From: Sedimentisphaerales bacterium
GTDB lineage: Bacteria; Planctomycetota; Phycisphaerae; Sedimentisphaerales; SM23-30
Length of the DNA: 64,000 bases
Direction: 5' to 3'
NCBI GenBank assembly: GCA_963663805.2
Contig: CAXXMR010000031.1
Location: 21,716-85,715 of the forward strand
Below are positions 58,800-64,000 of this stretch, piece by piece. Positions within the stretch are counted from its first letter, which is position 1. Every line of letters begins with the position of its first letter. The notes beneath the pieces were generated by a model, which saw only the letters and a program-made list of their open reading frames with translations, searched no databases and was not told the DNA's origin. A program made the position numbers and the translations under genes.

Positions 58800-59753
58800 A
58801 TGTTATATCTGGGCGTAGATGGCGGCGGCACTAAAACACAGGCCGTACTTTTCGACACTACCACCGGCAATATTCGCTCGGTTCTTTTGGGCAGTGGAAA
58901 CATCTGCGTGCTGGGGTCAGACGGCTGCCGGAAACTTTTCGAGCAGATACGCATTCAGCTATGGGAAGAACTCGCACCAGAGAACATTACCGCCTCGGCC
59001 TTTGCTTTTGCCGGCGCGGGACGGGCCGCGGAGCGTGAAATACTCAAAGCCATATTAGATGATTTCGGCTATCAGAATTTCGATATTCTGACCGACGCCG
59101 AGATTCTTCATTATTCTTTTTTCGGCCCGGCAGCGGGTATCCTCATCGCCGCGGGAACAGGCTCGGTCTGCCTGAGGAACAATCCCGACGGAACCTATCG
59201 TCAAATTGGCGGCTGGGGCTATATCCTCGGCGATGAAGGCAGTGGATTCCACATCGGCAAGCTGGCCATCCAGCACGCCCTGCACATCACCGATTCTTGC
59301 AGGCCTGCCACCAAGCTGGCTCAGAAAATCCTCGACCATTATAAAACCAACACGCCCGAAACTATCATCACCCAGACTTATTCCTCACCCAACCCCCAGC
59401 GTTTTGTCGCGTCGTGTGCCCCGACCGTTGATAAGCTCGCCCAAAAAAACGACGCCCACGCTTTAGCTATCATCAATCAGGTCGCTCACTCTCTGGCCCA
59501 GCTCGCCCAGGTCGCTATCAATCTCAACCCCGACACCCAATTGCCCAGCATCGCCCTGGCTGGCGGCATACTCAGCGAAAATACCCAAACCACCCAAAAG
59601 CTAAAAGAGCTGCTCGACAGTCAAAACGACAGTATCAAATATTACACTCAGCAATATCACCCTGCTGTCGCTGCCGCGGTTTATGCCGCCGCCCGCACCG
59701 GCCATAATCTGTCCGAGCAGAACAAGCAAATCTCACTAAACTGGAAACCATAA
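58800..59753 (+). CDS. BadF-family N-acetylglucosamine/N-acetylmuramate kinase
   Basis: GVDGGGTKT, AGTGS, GGWGYILGDEGSG. Confidence 0.88.
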   Translation: MLYLGVDGGGTKTQAVLFDTTTGNIRSVLLGSGNICVLGSDGCRKLFEQIRIQLWEELAPENITASAFAFAGAGRAAEREILKAILDDFGYQNFDILTDAEILHYSFFGPAAGILIAAGTGSVCLRNNPDGTYRQIGGWGYILGDEGSGFHIGKLAIQHALHITDSCRPATKLAQKILDHYKTNTPETIITQTYSSPNPQRFVASCAPTVDKLAQKNDAHALAIINQVAHSLAQLAQVAINLNPDTQLPSIALAGGILSENTQTTQKLKELLDSQNDSIKYYTQQYHPAVAAAVYAAARTGHNLSEQNKQISLNWKP

Positions 59754-59773
59754 TCTAACACACGAGACAGCCT

Positions 59774-61286
59774 ATGACATTTTCATTTATTGACATTATC
59801 ATCGTTATAGTCTACATGGCCGCCACCACCGCACTGGGTTTTTTCATCGGTCGCAAACAGAAAACCACCACCGACTATTTCCTCGGCGGGAAAAATATTC
59901 CCTGGATCGCGGTCACCCTCAGCATCGTCGCCACCGAAACCAGCGTATTGACCTTCATCAGCATCCCTGCGGTTTCCTATCAGGGCAACCTCACTTTCAT
60001 TCAGATTGTTCTGGGCTATATGATAGGCCGGGTCGTCGTCGCGATGGTAATGATTCCCGCTTATTATAAAGGTGCCATCGGAACCGCTTATCATTTTCTG
60101 GGCAACCGTTTCGGCCAGAAAACCCGAAACGTCGCCGGCATCACCTTCATGGCCACCCGACTGCTCGCCGACGGTGTAAGGCTTTTCGCCACCGCCATCC
60201 CTCTGGCACTAATCATCAAAGGCAGCGGGTTCTTCGGCTCGCTCTCCGACAAACAATTCTATTTGCTCTCCATCATCCTCATCGGCCTTATCACCATGTT
60301 TTACACCTCGTTCGGCGGCATCAAATCCGTCATCTGGGTCGATATGATCCAATGGACCATCTATATCGGCGGTGCCATTCTGGCGGGCTTTATCATTCTG
60401 TCAAAATTACCCCACGGTATTCAGGACGTAATCGACCTGACCGTCAAGACCGGCAAAACCAACTGGTTCAACCTCGGCTCAGACCTGACCTGGGGCGAAT
60501 GGATTAAACAGCCGTACACATTCATTACCGCGGTTTTCGGCGGAGCGATTTTCAGCCTGGCCTCGCACGGCACGGACCAGCTTATCGTTCAGCGAGTATT
60601 AACCTGCGGCAATCTTCGTGCCAGCCAGAAGGCCATCGCCTTTAGCGGGCTGCTGGTGCTGTTTCAGTTTCTGCTCTTTCTCGTTGTCGGCTTGCTGCTG
60701 TTCACGTTCTATAAGGGTCAATCATGCGAACAGCTCGGCCTTATTCGTCCCGACGGTATTTTTCCCAAATTCATTCTTGAGGTCATGCCCACCGGCATCA
60801 GCGGGTTGGTAGTCGCGGCCCTGTTCGCCGCGGCAATGAGTACCCTGGCCGGCAGTCTTTCCAGCCTGTCAAGCTCGACCGTACTGGACATCTACGTACC
60901 GATTTTTGGCAAAGACAAAACCCAGGCCCAACTGCTCACCATCTCCCGAATCGTAACCTTCATCTGGGCAGCCTTACTGATGAGTACCGCCATCGCCTTT
61001 ATCAATCTTGAGGGCACAGTCGTCGAAACAGCGCTCGGCATCGCCTCCTACACCTACGGTGGGCTGCTGGGAACCTTCCTGCTGGGCTTGTTCTACAAAA
61101 AAGCCAAGCAGCGTGACGCCATTACCGGATTTTTCATCGCCCTTGTCACCATGACCATCCTGATTCAACTGGTGAAAATCGCCTGGCCCCTGTATACTCT
61201 TACCGGCAGCCTGACAACAGTTATCGTGGGGATAATTTCCAGCCTGTTTAACGAAAACCATAACGCCAACGTACCGGAACAAAAAA

Positions 61287-61294
<8 letters not shown>
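59774..61294 (+). CDS. Sodium:solute symporter
   Basis: DYFLGG, SIVATETS, GTDQLIVQR, AAAMST; many TM segments. Confidence 0.92.
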
Positions 61295-62207
<913 letters not shown>

Positions 62208-62208
62208 A

Positions 62209-63424
62209 CTATCAGGTAACAGCAAGTGGCTCGTTGTTCCGGTATATCTCTACTATTGAGCGTGCTGGTTCCTGCCACACACTCGGCGACCCCGACTCGC
62301 AAATCCCGCACCGCGCCTTTACCGTCAGGATGCACCCGGTTTCGTCAATATGAATCAGATACTTTTTCTGAACCGGGTCACAAACAATCGACGTGCCGGT
62401 AAACCGCTATGACAAAACGCTGAAGGGACTAAACCCATCCCCTTTAATCCACGCGTATGAGCTATTGACATCAAAGCCGTAAGCACGTCCCTCGGCCTGT
62501 TCTGTCGTCAGCAGCCGCACCGCTTCTTCACTCAAAATCTTTTGCCGCCATACCGCCCGCCGTTTATCAGCATCAGGCAATACTTCCCCAAATCCTCCGC
62601 TGGGGCGAATATCCCGCGTTACCGGAAACGCTCCCCATCAGCGCCGCCAGCGGGTCATGCACCTGCCCGCACAAAGGCTTGCCGTCCCTGATTTGCGTCG
62701 GCACAATTTTATTTCTCAGTCTCTCATCAGGATTTATATCCCGTGGAACTCATCCCCAAAGGGCCAAAACAAATTCTCATTAGCAAACTCATCCAGCCCC
62801 TGTCCCGAAACAATCTCCACTATCCGCCCCAGCGTAATAAAGCCCAGGCAACTGTACCGAAACTTTTCGCCCACCTCGCTTTGCAGTTTCAGCGAATAAA
62901 TACGTCCCAGCACCGCCTCCTTGCAAGGGCTGCCGTATTTTTCCGCCAGCTTACCCGCGTCCGTATACGGCCGGCAGCCCCGAAGTATGACTCAGCAAAT
63001 GCTTGATTCGCACTTCCTCTTTGCCCGCTGCGGCAAATTCCGGAATAATATCCGCCACCCGATCTTCCAGACCAAGTTGCCCCCGGTCAAATCAATATCA
63101 TTATACAAGCTGCCGTCGCAACCGGTTTCGATAACGACGCGATGTCGAAAATATCATCCTTCGCCAGCGCAGTAATTTCTGGGGCCAGACTGCGTTTGCC
63201 AAACGCTTCACAATACAAATACCCCCCTATCGTCACCAACCAGCACCACGGCACCGGGAATCTTGCCTGCCTCAATCTCACGATTAACCACCGTCGCTAT
63301 CTGTTTCCGCGGTAGCTTCATCGAGACTCCTGACCGCCGCTGGCTGAACCTCAACCCGCCGACAGCCGACCATAATCAACCCAGCCAAACAGACAAAAAA
63401 CACCACACCGCGCAACTTCAGCAT
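62209..63424 (-). CDS. Serine hydrolase (beta-lactamase fold) lipoprotein, several frameshifts; 3' end approximate
   Basis: Start MLKLRGVV...MVGC lipobox; [15 protein letters not shown]xxK motif; VHDP and GHSGLP-like fragments further downstream. Confidence 0.7.
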
Positions 63425-63524
63425 AACTTATCCCTCAAATTTCAATGGCATCATACCTCTCCAGCCATTATACTGTACTCACAAAAACCGGCAAGAAAGT
63501 TTAACCATCCCCAAAGGAATTAAC

Positions 63525-64000
63525 ATGTCTCCCGCAAAATATTTATTCATCTCGCTAACAACTTTAATCATAACCACCCCTTGCCTGGCAGTTGTTTCAG
63601 ACGGGCCTGGATAATATCAACGCCCATAAATCCCTGTTCGAGAACCAGCGTATCGGCATAGTCGCCAATCACACCGCCTGTAACGCTCAGGGGAATTCAT
63701 CGTCGATATTTTCCGTGAAATACCTGGCGTTACCGTAACTGCCCTGTTTGGCCCGGGAACATGGTTTCAAGGGCATGCATCGCGCCGGAGAAAAAGTCGA
63801 GTCTTCCCTGGACTCCAAAAACAACATCCCCATCTACAGCCTCTACGGTAAAAATCGCAAGCCCACCCCCCGAAATGCTCCAGAACATAGACATTCTTGT
63901 TTTCGACATTCAGGACATCGGCACGCGTTACTATACTTATATTTACACCATGCTCCAGGCCATGACCGCCGCTGCTGAAAATAATAAACAATTCATCGTA
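63525..64000 (+). CDS. DUF1343/NamZ-like exo-beta-N-acetylmuramidase, partial and frameshifted
   Basis: Fragments IGIVANHT, PEHGFKG-like, PIYSLYG...KPT, DILVFDIQDIGTRYYTYIYTM. Confidence 0.85.

Overview
Bacterial chromosome segment; gene content suggests an anaerobic planctomycete (inference only). In order: the end of a surface-polysaccharide locus (GT2, methyltransferase, B12-binding radical SAM, O-antigen ligase-like); a complete MoxR/DUF58/Bat operon; a large secreted M4 peptidase; lpdA; a solitary flagellin behind a long structured leader with a terminator; xylB; a TPP-riboswitch-controlled cysteine desulfurase-family gene; a UROD/MtaA-family gene; galT; lipA plus an octanoyltransferase-like gene. 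Next is an IS1634-family element that carries three other IS elements, each with an 8-bp target duplication, and sits in a 54-bp hairpin made of its own terminal repeats. Then tRNA-Ala(CGC), an IS4 element and a BspA-like LRR surface protein inside a 17-bp direct repeat, non-coding 20-bp and 21-bp periodic arrays, and a MacAB-TolC-type operon preceded by an intact RAYT/Y1 transposase homologue that has lost its catalytic residues. The window ends with ybaK-like, ftsY, nusB, ribH and an amino-sugar/peptidoglycan salvage cluster (NagX-like, GH20, kinase, SSS transporter, murQ, serine hydrolase, NamZ-like) punctuated by related repeats. Indels cluster at about 2.9-4.3 kb and 61.4-64 kb and look like assembly errors. 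All calls come from reading motifs by eye; no searches were run.
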